From the NCBI GenBank assembly GCA_038871515.1, contig JAVZHX010000001.1:318915-382914 (forward strand): 64,000 nucleotides of DNA, given 5' to 3'. The notes beneath the pieces are model-generated. The model ran no database searches. It was not told the origin of the DNA and saw only the letters and a program-made list of their open reading frames with translations. Positions 53,714 to 63,272 of the stretch are shown one piece after another. Every line of letters begins with the position of its first letter. Positions within the stretch are counted from its first letter, which is position 1. Origin of the DNA: Candidatus Micrarchaeia archaeon. Its GTDB lineage: Archaea; Micrarchaeota; Micrarchaeia; Burarchaeales; Fermentimicrarchaeaceae. Position numbers and translations under genes: made by a program.

Positions 53714-54016
53714 GTGAAAGCGATGGTTTGTTATACAATACCAACAATTGCTGCAGTTGTGCATCATTTCCTTGGAAATAAAATTCCTTCTTGGAGGAAT
53801 CAGCAGCATAGATCACTGAGCTTGCTTCTCGTTGGGGGAGCGATATTTGGAGTTGTGGACCATTTGTGGAATGGCGAGCTTCTTCTGATTGGGGAGAACA
53901 TTGTGAGTGACCTTTTGCTTGGATTCGCAATAACTGCTGCAATAATTGTAGCATGGATTGTGGTATTACAGCTTGAGAAAATGCCACGGAAGGAAACTTC
54001 AAAGGTAACTAACTGA
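53714..54016 (+). CDS. Small His-containing membrane protein, divergent from nikR
   Basis: 100 aa with 3 TM helices and an HH plus DHLWNGE region. It may be metal-related through its nikR neighbourhood only. Confidence 0.35.
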   Translation: MKAMVCYTIPTIAAVVHHFLGNKIPSWRNQQHRSLSLLLVGGAIFGVVDHLWNGELLLIGENIVSDLLLGFAITAAIIVAWIVVLQLEKMPRKETSKVTN

Positions 54017-54137
54017 TCTTCAGGCTCGCATTGAATGCAGATACTTAAAAAGAAGTTGCTCCAACTCCAGTTAAACTCTCCTCAAGTGTGAACGTATATA
54101 TAATTATTCCGTATAATAATTATAGCGGAGTTATATC

Positions 54138-54518
54138 ATGTATTCCGAAAAATTGATGAGATTATTCAGAAAGCCGCATAATTTTGGAAGAATTAAGAAT
54201 GCAGATGCGGTTGGGAAGGTCGGCAACCCAGTGTGCGGTGACGTAATGTATCTTTATCTGAAAATTAAGGATAATGTAATAAAAGATGCTAAATTTGAAA
54301 CATTTGGCTGCGCAGCTGCAATAGGAACAAGCAGCATAATAACGGATATGATAAAAGGAAAAACAATTGATGAAGCGCTGAAAATTAGCAAAGATGACAT
54401 TGCAAAGGAGTTGGGTGGTTTACCCCCAATAAAGATGCACTGCTCCGTTCTTGCAACGGAAGCATTGAAGAAAGCTGTTGAGGAGTATAGGGCGAAACAG
54501 AGAAGAAAAGCAGAGTAA
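54138..54518 (+). CDS. iscU: Fe-S cluster scaffold IscU/NifU-like
   Basis: The three conserved Cys motifs are GNPVCGD, TFGCAAA and MHCSVLA. Confidence 0.8.
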   Translation: MYSEKLMRLFRKPHNFGRIKNADAVGKVGNPVCGDVMYLYLKIKDNVIKDAKFETFGCAAAIGTSSIITDMIKGKTIDEALKISKDDIAKELGGLPPIKMHCSVLATEALKKAVEEYRAKQRRKAE

Positions 54519-54526
54519 CAGAATGC

Positions 54527-55120
54527 TCAGAATAAAAATTTGAATGGGTTAATGAATCCAAATATATAATCTGAAAAAACAAGTCCTATAAGAAAACTTG
54601 CAAAGTTGTTAATTAAACTCATTTCAGCCCCACGAACCAGTGTCATATTTCTATTTCTGTTAAGCCGAAAGAGCAGAAAAGCTTCAAGCACAAAAACCAT
54701 AATCTCACCAACTATGAGTATTATCCACGCATGCGTGATATCATAAGGGTAGGTATCCAGTGTCATCACAAGTGGAGGTTTGGGTTGCCAATGTTCATCG
54801 TCAAATTTTATGGCATCCGTTAGATATACATAAAAGAGGGGAACCGAGATGATATTCGCGATAATGACAGTTACCAATATTTTCTTACTCAGCTTCCTTA
54901 AGTGCAGATACACAAGTGAAGTTATAAGCTCTATTATAGTGGTTAGTGCTACTGCAATTGTTATGAAATAGGGGTTTTTCCCATAGCGTTCAAGGATAGA
55001 ATAAGGTGGATTTGGACCCATATCCGCATATGCGACATTGGAGAGGATAAGGAGAAATGCACACAACACTGCTTTCCTCATAACTCTCTTTATTTTTGGT
55101 AGGTATTTAATTTTTTGCAT
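54527..55120 (-). CDS. Membrane protein of unknown function
   Basis: 197 aa with a signal or TM N-terminus and 4-5 TM helices. Confidence 0.4.
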   Translation of the reverse strand: MQKIKYLPKIKRVMRKAVLCAFLLILSNVAYADMGPNPPYSILERYGKNPYFITIAVALTTIIELITSLVYLHLRKLSKKILVTVIIANIISVPLFYVYLTDAIKFDDEHWQPKPPLVMTLDTYPYDITHAWIILIVGEIMVFVLEAFLLFRLNRNRNMTLVRGAEMSLINNFASFLIGLVFSDYIFGFINPFKFLF

Positions 55121-55135
55121 TTGAAAGTAGAAAAC

Positions 55136-55909
55136 TTATATTCTTTTATAGGTTAGCTTAAGAAGTTTGAGAAATTCAATTACCTTATCCCTCTGCTCTT
55201 TTTTCATTCCCTTCCAATCCAGCAAAGCAGTTTCAATTTTCTCTTTTGATTTTTCCACTCCCTGCTTGAAGCACTCAAAATCAACTTCATCAATACAATA
55301 CTTCGGAAGCATATGCCCAACTGCGTACTCCTCTTCAAGAATAACTTTTGTAAAAGAAGGCGCATAATGCCCTCCCCCAATCCCAAAAACAGCTGGAAAT
55401 GTTTGATTTGAGGAAAGCATTTTCATAACAGCAAAAGCAACAATTTCACCCGCTCTCTGATTCTGCCACTCCCTCTCAGTGCTTCCTATCTCAACAAAAA
55501 GGGCGGGCGCTTTCGTTAACGGCCCATGATGGTCAACCTCTGCACAAACCTGCCATCCCAAATCGTTCAATGAATTCATCTCCCTCAAAACAATTTTCAG
55601 CTTGCTTGGAAAGCATGGGCAGAGCTGCTTCGGCTTTCCTCCAAGCTCAGCAGCACCCCAATTTCCAGGTGTATGCGCAGTTAAACACGGCTTGCCAGTT
55701 TCACTCTTATGCTTGCTTATAAAAACAAGAAAATCTGTTTCCTTTTCATACAACTGCTCTGCATCAACAAGCTTTGTTTCAACCTGAATTAGCTCCAACT
55801 CTCCCTTCACCCACTTCTCTCCCTTCTTTTCAAATTTGAATTGATTTATCAACTTCTCTGCTATATTCTTTCCTGCAACATCCTGAGATGAGAAGACAAT
55901 TGTTGGCAT
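55136..55909 (-). CDS. dtdA: Archaeal-type D-aminoacyl-tRNA deacylase (DtdA)
   Basis: LTAHTPGNWG and FGIGGGHYA match the conserved DtdA (tRNA_deacylase family) motifs. Length is about 257 aa. Confidence 0.6.
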   Translation of the reverse strand: MPTIVFSSQDVAGKNIAEKLINQFKFEKKGEKWVKGELELIQVETKLVDAEQLYEKETDFLVFISKHKSETGKPCLTAHTPGNWGAAELGGKPKQLCPCFPSKLKIVLREMNSLNDLGWQVCAEVDHHGPLTKAPALFVEIGSTEREWQNQRAGEIVAFAVMKMLSSNQTFPAVFGIGGGHYAPSFTKVILEEEYAVGHMLPKYCIDEVDFECFKQGVEKSKEKIETALLDWKGMKKEQRDKVIEFLKLLKLTYKRI

Positions 55910-55931
55910 AAGTAGAATATGTAAGAGATAT

Positions 55932-56774
55932 TTAAACTACATAACTCTTTGTCTTTTCCTTATACCTCTCTAGCTCCCTCCTTCCAAACTCAGTTAGCAC
56001 TCTCCCCTTCTCCTTTGAAAGCACAACATAACCTTCGCTTTCAACCTGTCCAAGCAACATACCGACTTTCATCAACTCCCCTAACCCTGCTTCCTCAACT
56101 CCTTTCCTCTCCATCAGCCAGTCAACCACAGCACGTCCAGTCGCTTTCTCTCCCGCTTTTTCAAGTGAATCAATTGCCAATAGTATTTGCGCTTTCTCCT
56201 CAGTTAAAACTGGCTTCTCCTCAACCTTCCTGGAGAACTTCAGAACTTCTGGGTGCTTTCTCAACTTACTTACATCCTCAAAAAGCTTTGCTGCCTCCTC
56301 AATTTCCTTTTCGTATTTAATTATGTTTTTCAGCATTTGGGCACGCATTTTCTCATGCTCTTTATCTTCAGCAAGCTTCAGCTTCCCCTTCTCATGCAGT
56401 TTCAGCGCATTTCTCACTCCTTCAAACGTAAGGAAAAGATCTCTATCTCCCTTCCCACCTGCTTTTTTGAATGCATCCGAGTCAACAAGAGGCAATTGCG
56501 AGAAATGCGGTTCCTTTTCAATAATGCAAACGGGCCAGCTCCATATGTTGTTTCCTTCTTTAACCGAAATCCAAAACCTATCTTTCAGATACTTTGCAGT
56601 CCACTCTCGTTTAGTTTTCTGGCTCACTCCACTAAGAAACACAACTCCATCCGAATCAACCAAAACAGAATAGGGACCTGCCTTTCCTTTTAGAAATTCA
56701 CCTCTCTCATCTAATTTAAACTCCTTTAACTCATGCCCACCCAGCGTGTATTTCTCCTCAACTTTCACAGGCAT
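55932..56774 (-). CDS. Hypothetical protein with a C-terminal winged HTH, encoded immediately downstream of the Lhr-like helicase
   Basis: The N-terminal ~100 aa form an alpha/beta domain with a possible nuclease-like acidic pattern (VLVDSDGVVFLSG...ISVKEG). The middle is a Lys/Glu-rich coiled region. The C-terminal wHTH is LLAIDSLEKAGEKATGRAVVDWLMERKG. Confidence 0.45.
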   Translation of the reverse strand: MPVKVEEKYTLGGHELKEFKLDERGEFLKGKAGPYSVLVDSDGVVFLSGVSQKTKREWTAKYLKDRFWISVKEGNNIWSWPVCIIEKEPHFSQLPLVDSDAFKKAGGKGDRDLFLTFEGVRNALKLHEKGKLKLAEDKEHEKMRAQMLKNIIKYEKEIEEAAKLFEDVSKLRKHPEVLKFSRKVEEKPVLTEEKAQILLAIDSLEKAGEKATGRAVVDWLMERKGVEEAGLGELMKVGMLLGQVESEGYVVLSKEKGRVLTEFGRRELERYKEKTKSYVV

Positions 56775-56804
56775 AGTAGAATTGCTCAGTTGAATTATAA
56801 AAGC

Positions 56805-59609
56805 TCACGCCTGCCAGTACTTCCTTGTCCTTATGAACTTCTTCTGCGCTTCAAGCAAATCCGCAAAGAACTGCATTTCATCCCTTCTCCTATTCCCAAG
56901 CACCCTTGTTGCAGTTTCAACTCCAACTCCATACGTTGACAGCGCAATTGCTGCTCTCCTTCCGTAAGCATCAACCAAGCTTGCGGACTTCATAATTTCT
57001 ATAAACCCTTTCCTCTCTTTCTCATCAAGCTTCTTTCCCCTCTCTTTTTTTCTTAGTATTCTCTCAACCCAATCCTCTCTCGGTGAGAAGCAGGCAACCA
57101 TATTGCTCCCACAGCTTGGGCACTTTATTCTGCTTTTCAGCTTCTCCAGAGGTGAGTAAAATATGTTTTGGCAGTAGGTGCAGATGAATTTGGCTGTTTT
57201 CTTCAGCAGCTGCTTTCTGAACGCTTTCAGTATTTCTGAAGACGGCTCAATTGGGGCGATGAACTCGGCTGCTTTTGAAACTTTTGAAAAACCAAGCTCA
57301 GCAAAGGGAGTTGGGTGGGAAACAACAATCTCCTTAATTTTAATTTCACCTGAATGAATCCCTCTTATAATCAATTTGCACTTCTCAACATCAAAATAAC
57401 CAACAAGCAGCTCCCTCATCGTTTCCTTATAGATTGGTGAGTTTGAAAGATGCTCAGCAAGCCTGCTCATCCTTGAAGAGGTTAAACTTTCGCTTCTCTT
57501 TATCAAACCAAATGCTTTTGCTATGTGGATGAATTTGTAGTTGAACAAACTTGACTTTGAAATATTTCTTTCAAGTAGAGCAGTCACATCCTCCTCTTTA
57601 ATTCTCAGCAACATTTCCTTAACAATTCCTTTCCCGCTTCCTGGAAGCTGCAGAATTATTCTATAGGGGTCTGAACTTCCTTTCACGCTTGATGAAAAAC
57701 GCGCTGAGAGCAAGGAGGATAGACACCTCATCAGAGCATTATTTGCAAGAGAGCCACCGCACACATGAACAACAGCTACATCCTCAAAAACTTCAACAAT
57801 AATTTCCTTATCATCAGGCACGCCAAACTGCATCTGCTTTTCAACAACTTCCTTCATTTCCCTCAGTGCTTCCTTTGAAGCATGAAACTCGTGCTCAAAC
57901 TCAGCTAAACCATCCCCTCTCTCAATTTTTTCCTTAACCCTCCTCCTCAGCTCGCCAACCCTTTGGGCAACTTCAAATGGAACAGGAATTTCCTCTCCAA
58001 CCCAATCTGGAACAGCTGCCGAAATATCCTGGGATGGTTCAACAAGCACCTCCCTCTCCCTCACATCAAGAACCTTCCAGGGAACTCCTTTTGTTATGAA
58101 AACTGAGCCTGGTTCCACATAGCTTGCAACAAATGCCTCATCAAGAGTTGAAATATTTGAGTTTGTCACCGCGCTCTTCACAAAATACTTGCTCTCGCTT
58201 GGAATTGTGCTCAGATTCTCAAAGTAATACTCCAGAATTCCTCCACCTTTTTTCAATAAACTTCCATCAAAATGAAGCACTCCTTCTGAATGAAGCTGCT
58301 CTGCAACAGAGGCAAGCTCATGCAGGTTAAGTTTCCTGAATGGGTATGCTCTTGTGATTATTCTATATGCTTTCGGAAGCTCAATCACGCCGTACTCCAA
58401 AACTAAACCGCAGAGCTGGTGAGCCACAACGTCAAGCGCATTCTCATGCATTGGAGGTGACTCAAGCTTCCCCTCCTCCATCATTTTCACTATTGCAACT
58501 GACTCGCACAAATCATCAAAATCGCCAGTTATAATCACTCCCTTCGGCGTTCTTTCAATTCTATGCCCACTTCTCCCAACTCTCTGAATTAAACGCGAAA
58601 CCTGGCGAGGTGACATGTATTGAACAACCAAATCAACCGAGCCAATATCAACGCCAAGCTCCAAGGAAGAAGTTGCAAGCAAACCCCTTATCCCTCTCTC
58701 CTTAAACTTTCTCTCCGCATGCTTCCTCACATCCCTTGAAAGAGAGCCGTGATGTATTCCAACAGAGCCAGAATACCTCTGAAGCTTTCTGAAAGCAATC
58801 AACCTTGAGGTGAGCGTTTCTGCAACCTGCCTTGTGTTAACAAAAGCAAGTGTTGAGGTGTGCGTTTCAATCAGCTCATTCAAAAAGCGCAGCCTTGCCG
58901 AAGCATGCGGCTCAAGGAAAAGTTTTTCCGCAAGCTCCTCATCCTCCAGAGATGGATTTGGAAACTCCACTCTCACTTCCATTTTTCTCTCAACAGGAAG
59001 CTTCACAACTTTGCAACTTCTCCCGCCAGTCAGAAAATTTGCAACTTCCTCAGGAGAGCTAACTGTTGCGCTCAAACCAACTCTTTGAAAATCACCTCTC
59101 TTCTCAACCAACCTCTCCAGCGCAACTGAAAGCTGAGCTCCCCTCTTGCTTTCAAAAAGCTCGTGCACCTCATCAACAACCACATAGCGAACATTTTTCA
59201 ACGCATTTCCAATTCTCTTTGCTGTCAGAATTGATTGCAATGTTTCTGGAGTGGTTATCAACAACTGCGGTGGATTGCGCGACTGCTTTAATCGCTCGCT
59301 TTGTGGCGTATCTCCATGCCTCACAGCACAGCTCACACCAACTTCGTCACACCACCAGTGAATTCTCTCCAAAATGTCTCTGTTCAAAGCTCTTAGAGGA
59401 GTGATGTACAGCGCAAGAATTCCCTCCCCTCCCTTTATAATGTTGTTCAGTATAGGAAGGAGAGCGCACTCTGTTTTTCCATAACCAGTTGGCGCGATTA
59501 TCAATGCATTTGCTCCGCTAAGCACAACCGGTATGGAGAGCTTCTGAATTTCATTCAACTCCCCAAATTTCTTTTTGACAAGCAGCTTCAACTCATCGCA
59601 AAGCTCCAT
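56805..59609 (-). CDS. lhr: Lhr-like large SF2 helicase
   Basis: Motif I LIIAPTGYGKTE, DEVH (VVDEVHELFESKRG), motif VI (QRVGRSGHR), a winged-helix / Lhr domain-4 region, and a C-terminal zinc ribbon CTYCQNIF...CPSCGSNM. Confidence 0.8.
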   Translation of the reverse strand: MELCDELKLLVKKKFGELNEIQKLSIPVVLSGANALIIAPTGYGKTECALLPILNNIIKGGEGILALYITPLRALNRDILERIHWWCDEVGVSCAVRHGDTPQSERLKQSRNPPQLLITTPETLQSILTAKRIGNALKNVRYVVVDEVHELFESKRGAQLSVALERLVEKRGDFQRVGLSATVSSPEEVANFLTGGRSCKVVKLPVERKMEVRVEFPNPSLEDEELAEKLFLEPHASARLRFLNELIETHTSTLAFVNTRQVAETLTSRLIAFRKLQRYSGSVGIHHGSLSRDVRKHAERKFKERGIRGLLATSSLELGVDIGSVDLVVQYMSPRQVSRLIQRVGRSGHRIERTPKGVIITGDFDDLCESVAIVKMMEEGKLESPPMHENALDVVAHQLCGLVLEYGVIELPKAYRIITRAYPFRKLNLHELASVAEQLHSEGVLHFDGSLLKKGGGILEYYFENLSTIPSESKYFVKSAVTNSNISTLDEAFVASYVEPGSVFITKGVPWKVLDVREREVLVEPSQDISAAVPDWVGEEIPVPFEVAQRVGELRRRVKEKIERGDGLAEFEHEFHASKEALREMKEVVEKQMQFGVPDDKEIIVEVFEDVAVVHVCGGSLANNALMRCLSSLLSARFSSSVKGSSDPYRIILQLPGSGKGIVKEMLLRIKEEDVTALLERNISKSSLFNYKFIHIAKAFGLIKRSESLTSSRMSRLAEHLSNSPIYKETMRELLVGYFDVEKCKLIIRGIHSGEIKIKEIVVSHPTPFAELGFSKVSKAAEFIAPIEPSSEILKAFRKQLLKKTAKFICTYCQNIFYSPLEKLKSRIKCPSCGSNMVACFSPREDWVERILRKKERGKKLDEKERKGFIEIMKSASLVDAYGRRAAIALSTYGVGVETATRVLGNRRRDEMQFFADLLEAQKKFIRTRKYWQA

Positions 59610-59661
59610 TTTCCCCCATCAAAATTTATAAATAGAAAGTTATAATCCCTTTGGTGATTCC

Positions 59662-60015
59662 TTGGGAAATGAACTTGCGCTTGCTGCAAATTTAACCGCA
59701 ATAGTGCTTGGTTTAGTAACCTCCATTGCCGCATTCACAGCTTCTAGAAAATACTACGCAGGCCCGTGGAAGTCAGTCGTTATGTGGATGACGTGGGGCG
59801 TTTCACTTTTAACAGTGATGACAATAATGGTTTTCTCAGACTGGTTTTTTGAGCCAGGAATTGAAAACATACCTGCTTGGATGAAATACCCAACTGCAAT
59901 ACTTGGTTATCTGTGCTTGCTGAACTGCGCGCTTGCAATGAGAAGGATGGCGGAGTTCTACTCGAGCAAAAGCTATGAGAAAGTTGAGAGAGAGTTGAAA
60001 GTTAAGAGAAAGTAG
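59662..60015 (+). CDS. Small membrane protein (3 TM helices)
   Basis: 117 aa and hydrophobic. No homology recognised. Confidence 0.3.
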   Translation: MGNELALAANLTAIVLGLVTSIAAFTASRKYYAGPWKSVVMWMTWGVSLLTVMTIMVFSDWFFEPGIENIPAWMKYPTAILGYLCLLNCALAMRRMAEFYSSKSYEKVERELKVKRK

Positions 60016-61630
60016 CGCTTCTCACAGTGAGATTGCCTCGCACAACTCTGCTCTCATTGCTTCCCTCATATGAGTAATTCAAATACATTCTCGTGCTAAG
60101 ATAGATTGATTCTTTAATTATTCCATCAAACTGATCGTAACAAAGCACTTCAAGCAAAACAGATGAGTTTGACGGAAGAGTTACTGATTTGTTTAACTGG
60201 AAGTTTGTTTTTGGCGTCTCCTCTTCAGGAGTGCATTTGAACCCATTTATCACAACTGTTTTTCCACTGTTCTGAGTTAAATTAACTTTCAGCGTTCCAC
60301 TGCTGAGGTTAAATGAAAGACAGCTGAACGTATCTTGAAACTCACAGCGTGGCTGGCGTAGCGCTTCAAGGAAGCTCACCCACCTCCTCTCCTCACCTGA
60401 GAAGTTGAATGAATAGCAAATATCAAGCGCCTTCATCTCAATTGGTATTGTTGGCTCTCCTTTTGGAATTGAAACGCAGATTGATGAGTAATTTCCAACT
60501 TTTCTCTGAACAATTGTCCAGTTTGACTGTATCCCAGGCATAATTTCACACACCTGCATCACTCCTCCCCCTTCCTTGCTTCTGTTTGCTATTCTTCCAG
60601 AGCATGCATTAACCTCCTCCTTATACGGTTGCTCTGTTGTGTAAAACCCATAGAAACCTTCCTCATCTTCAAAAGCAGCCCCATACTCAAACTTCGTTAA
60701 ATTGGAAATGTGATACGTTTCACCAATAAGGGTTGAGTTGAATGGTGTTTCTGCTTTAAGCTGTTCAGTCATTTTCAAAAGTTCATCTGCAGATGAGGAG
60801 TTAAATACGCTTCCCACAATATCCTCGCACGTGTTGAAAAGAGCATCTGTGTAAACAACTGCTCTCGTCCATCCTCCCTCCCTCCACACACATATGGAAG
60901 GAGTGCTATTCCCCGAAACAACTGAAACATTCATTCCATTCAGCGTTTTCCTCTCAAGAGTGAGATTGCTTCCAATGGATAAAGCAATTGCAGCTGCCAT
61001 CTGCTCTGGAGTGAGAACTCCCTCTGCAATAACCGCTATTGCTTTTGAACCGTCTGAGTAATCGGCAGTTGCAATTCTCACCTCCCTCAAACCCTTCACA
61101 TACTGCCTGAGCAAACTGAGGTATTGAGGAACGTCTGAAATTGTTTTTGAGTATTTGTATACTGCGTTTAACCCATCATTGTTAACTTTGATTAAACCAA
61201 CATTAACAAACTTTTTATCCGGAATTATTGAGAAAACATTCAACTTTTCTGATTCTTTTACAAAAAGCATTGCGCTGCTCTGCTTGTTTGCTGATGCCTC
61301 TGAAACCACATTCCCGGCATCAACTCTCACAGTTATCTCATAAACTCCCGCATCGGAGGCACTCCACATAAAAACCACGCTCTGCTCGCTGTTTGCTGGG
61401 AGGGAAAGCACCTCCGTTCTAACTGGCGTTCCGTTTGCAAGCAGCTCAACCACAAAATCCTTCGCCTCAGCAGTGCCATTGTTTGCAACAGTCACCTCCA
61501 AACTTGCCACGTCACCCACATAAACCTGATGCGGTGCTTTTACAGATGATATTGAAAGCTGTGGTTTATTTGCAATACAGCCGAAAAGCATGAGAAGGAA
61601 GATAAATGCAAATTTTCTCATTTCGCTCAC
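60002..61630 (-). CDS. Secreted protein with an N-terminal CARDB-like domain
   Basis: Signal MRKFAFIFLLMLFGC. A CARDB-like beta-sandwich (VYVGDVASLEVTVANNGTAEAKDFVVEL) is followed by about 400 aa of unknown domain with many NxS/T sequons. Confidence 0.45.
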   Translation of the reverse strand: MSEMRKFAFIFLLMLFGCIANKPQLSISSVKAPHQVYVGDVASLEVTVANNGTAEAKDFVVELLANGTPVRTEVLSLPANSEQSVVFMWSASDAGVYEITVRVDAGNVVSEASANKQSSAMLFVKESEKLNVFSIIPDKKFVNVGLIKVNNDGLNAVYKYSKTISDVPQYLSLLRQYVKGLREVRIATADYSDGSKAIAVIAEGVLTPEQMAAAIALSIGSNLTLERKTLNGMNVSVVSGNSTPSICVWREGGWTRAVVYTDALFNTCEDIVGSVFNSSSADELLKMTEQLKAETPFNSTLIGETYHISNLTKFEYGAAFEDEEGFYGFYTTEQPYKEEVNACSGRIANRSKEGGGVMQVCEIMPGIQSNWTIVQRKVGNYSSICVSIPKGEPTIPIEMKALDICYSFNFSGEERRWVSFLEALRQPRCEFQDTFSCLSFNLSSGTLKVNLTQNSGKTVVINGFKCTPEEETPKTNFQLNKSVTLPSNSSVLLEVLCYDQFDGIIKESIYLSTRMYLNYSYEGSNESRVVRGNLTVRSATFS

Positions 61631-61647
61631 CTTTTTGAATGAAAGAA

Positions 61648-62115
61648 CTACTTTGGTTTATACATCTTTTTAAGAGTGACTAATGCTTCCTTTATTCTTG
61701 CAATTGAGTCATCTGTTTTATTTTTATATACGTGCTCAACTGAGCTTGCAACATCTCCTTTCTCTGAGTCAGGCGACTGTGGAAAAAAATACTTCCCCTT
61801 ACTCCTTTTAACCAAACCAATTTTTTTCAGCTGCAACAGATGATAGAAAACCGTTTTCTCGCTTACCTCCTTCCCATGCTCCTTTATGTATTCCGCAAGC
61901 TCATGCACATCCGGCTCCTTTCCCTCCGAAAGCTGGAAGTAGAAAAGCGCTTCAAGCAAGTCAAGCATCGTTGTTCTTGTTTCGTTTGGATAGATTAAAC
62001 CAAGCGCAAGCGCAATCCACCTTATTAAGGATTTTTTTGTCATCCTCACCTCTCTTGTGAGCTGCATATTGCGTATAACCAACTCGCTTTCAATGAGAGA
62101 TGCTTCTGGAATCAT
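61648..62115 (-). CDS. Putative winged-HTH regulator
   Basis: HTH-like segment EKTVFYHLLQLKKIGLVKRSKGKYFF. It is divergent from the KaiC-like ATPase gene. Confidence 0.4.
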   Translation of the reverse strand: MIPEASLIESELVIRNMQLTREVRMTKKSLIRWIALALGLIYPNETRTTMLDLLEALFYFQLSEGKEPDVHELAEYIKEHGKEVSEKTVFYHLLQLKKIGLVKRSKGKYFFPQSPDSEKGDVASSVEHVYKNKTDDSIARIKEALVTLKKMYKPK

Positions 62116-62180
62116 CTACAAAAATTTATCAAGCACATATTTAAATATTCAGAGGTAATTATTACTCTTGCTGGGGTGGT

Positions 62181-62888
62181 TTGATGGAGGATAGAGTGAG
62201 GACAGGAATACCTGGGTTGGATGAGCTTGTTGAGGGAGGGTTTAAAAGAAGCCAGGTTATCAGCGTGAGCGGCACAAGCGGCTCGGGTAAAACTACTTTT
62301 GCAGTTCAATTCCTATACAACGGAGCAACAATGTATAACGAACCAGGTTTATACATAACTCTTGGTGAGCAGAAGAAGCAGATTTTTGCGAACATGCTCA
62401 GGTATGGATGGGATTTGAAGAAGCTGGAGGATGAGAAGAAAATTCTTTTTGTTGAATACCCGCCGTATGAAATTGAGGTGTTTCTTTCCCAGGAGGTTGT
62501 CATAAGGGACTCTGTTGAGATGGTTGGCGTAAAAAGATTGGTGATAGACCCGGTGAGCTCTTTGCTGATGGGTTATGGGGATGAGCAGAAGAGAAGAGAA
62601 AGGCTGCTGAGGTTGCTTGAAAGGCTGAGGAGTTTGGGCTGCACCTCACTGATGACTTCTGAGAGCATTGGGCTTGACACAGAAGTTCCTCTTGGTAAGT
62701 TTGAAGTTGAGTTATTTTCGGATGGTATAATTTACCTTTACAATGTGAGAAGAAAAAACAGGAGGCAGAGAGGGCTTGAAGTAATAAAGATGAGGGGAAC
62801 AAAACACAGCAACAAAATCTGCCCAATGGAATTCACCGATCATGGAATAGAAGTTTACCCAAACAAGGAGTTTTTTGAAAGCGTATAG
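62181..62888 (+). CDS. KaiC-like / RecA-superfamily single-domain ATPase
   Basis: GIPGLDELVEGGFKRSQVISVSGTSGSGKTTFAVQF (KaiC/RadA-type Walker A), Walker B LVIDPVSSL, and the C-terminal KaiC-like region. Confidence 0.65.
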   Translation: MMEDRVRTGIPGLDELVEGGFKRSQVISVSGTSGSGKTTFAVQFLYNGATMYNEPGLYITLGEQKKQIFANMLRYGWDLKKLEDEKKILFVEYPPYEIEVFLSQEVVIRDSVEMVGVKRLVIDPVSSLLMGYGDEQKRRERLLRLLERLRSLGCTSLMTSESIGLDTEVPLGKFEVELFSDGIIYLYNVRRKNRRQRGLEVIKMRGTKHSNKICPMEFTDHGIEVYPNKEFFESV

Positions 62889-62890
62889 TT

Positions 62891-63256
62891 ATGTCAACCT
62901 TCCGCATCTCAACAAAGTTCTACCCAATACGCTTGAATGCGTTTATGAGGAATGAGGTAGAGCTAACCATAGAGATAGAGAACACAAGCAGCGAGCCTCT
63001 TTGGAGCGAGTGCGATGTGATTGTCCCGCCAGCAATTTCGCTTGCGCCAGATAAGGAATTGGAGAAAGGAAGGATAAGGATTGGGATAATCAACCCAAAT
63101 GAAATTATGACGAAAAAATGCAAAATTTATGGAAGCGCAAAAAGCTATCCTGACGTTTACCAAATAAAGCTGATTGTTTACGGGCATGGCAAGGATGCAA
63201 CAATTGTCGCAAGGGATGAGAAGACTGTTGAGCTGAGGTGCGAGAGGTTAAGGTAG
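62891..63256 (+). CDS. Hypothetical protein co-transcribed with the KaiC-like ATPase
   Basis: 121 aa, starting 3 nt after the ATPase stop. No homology recognised. Confidence 0.35.
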   Translation: MSTFRISTKFYPIRLNAFMRNEVELTIEIENTSSEPLWSECDVIVPPAISLAPDKELEKGRIRIGIINPNEIMTKKCKIYGSAKSYPDVYQIKLIVYGHGKDATIVARDEKTVELRCERLR

Positions 63257-63272
63257 ATTACTGGGTGGGGGA

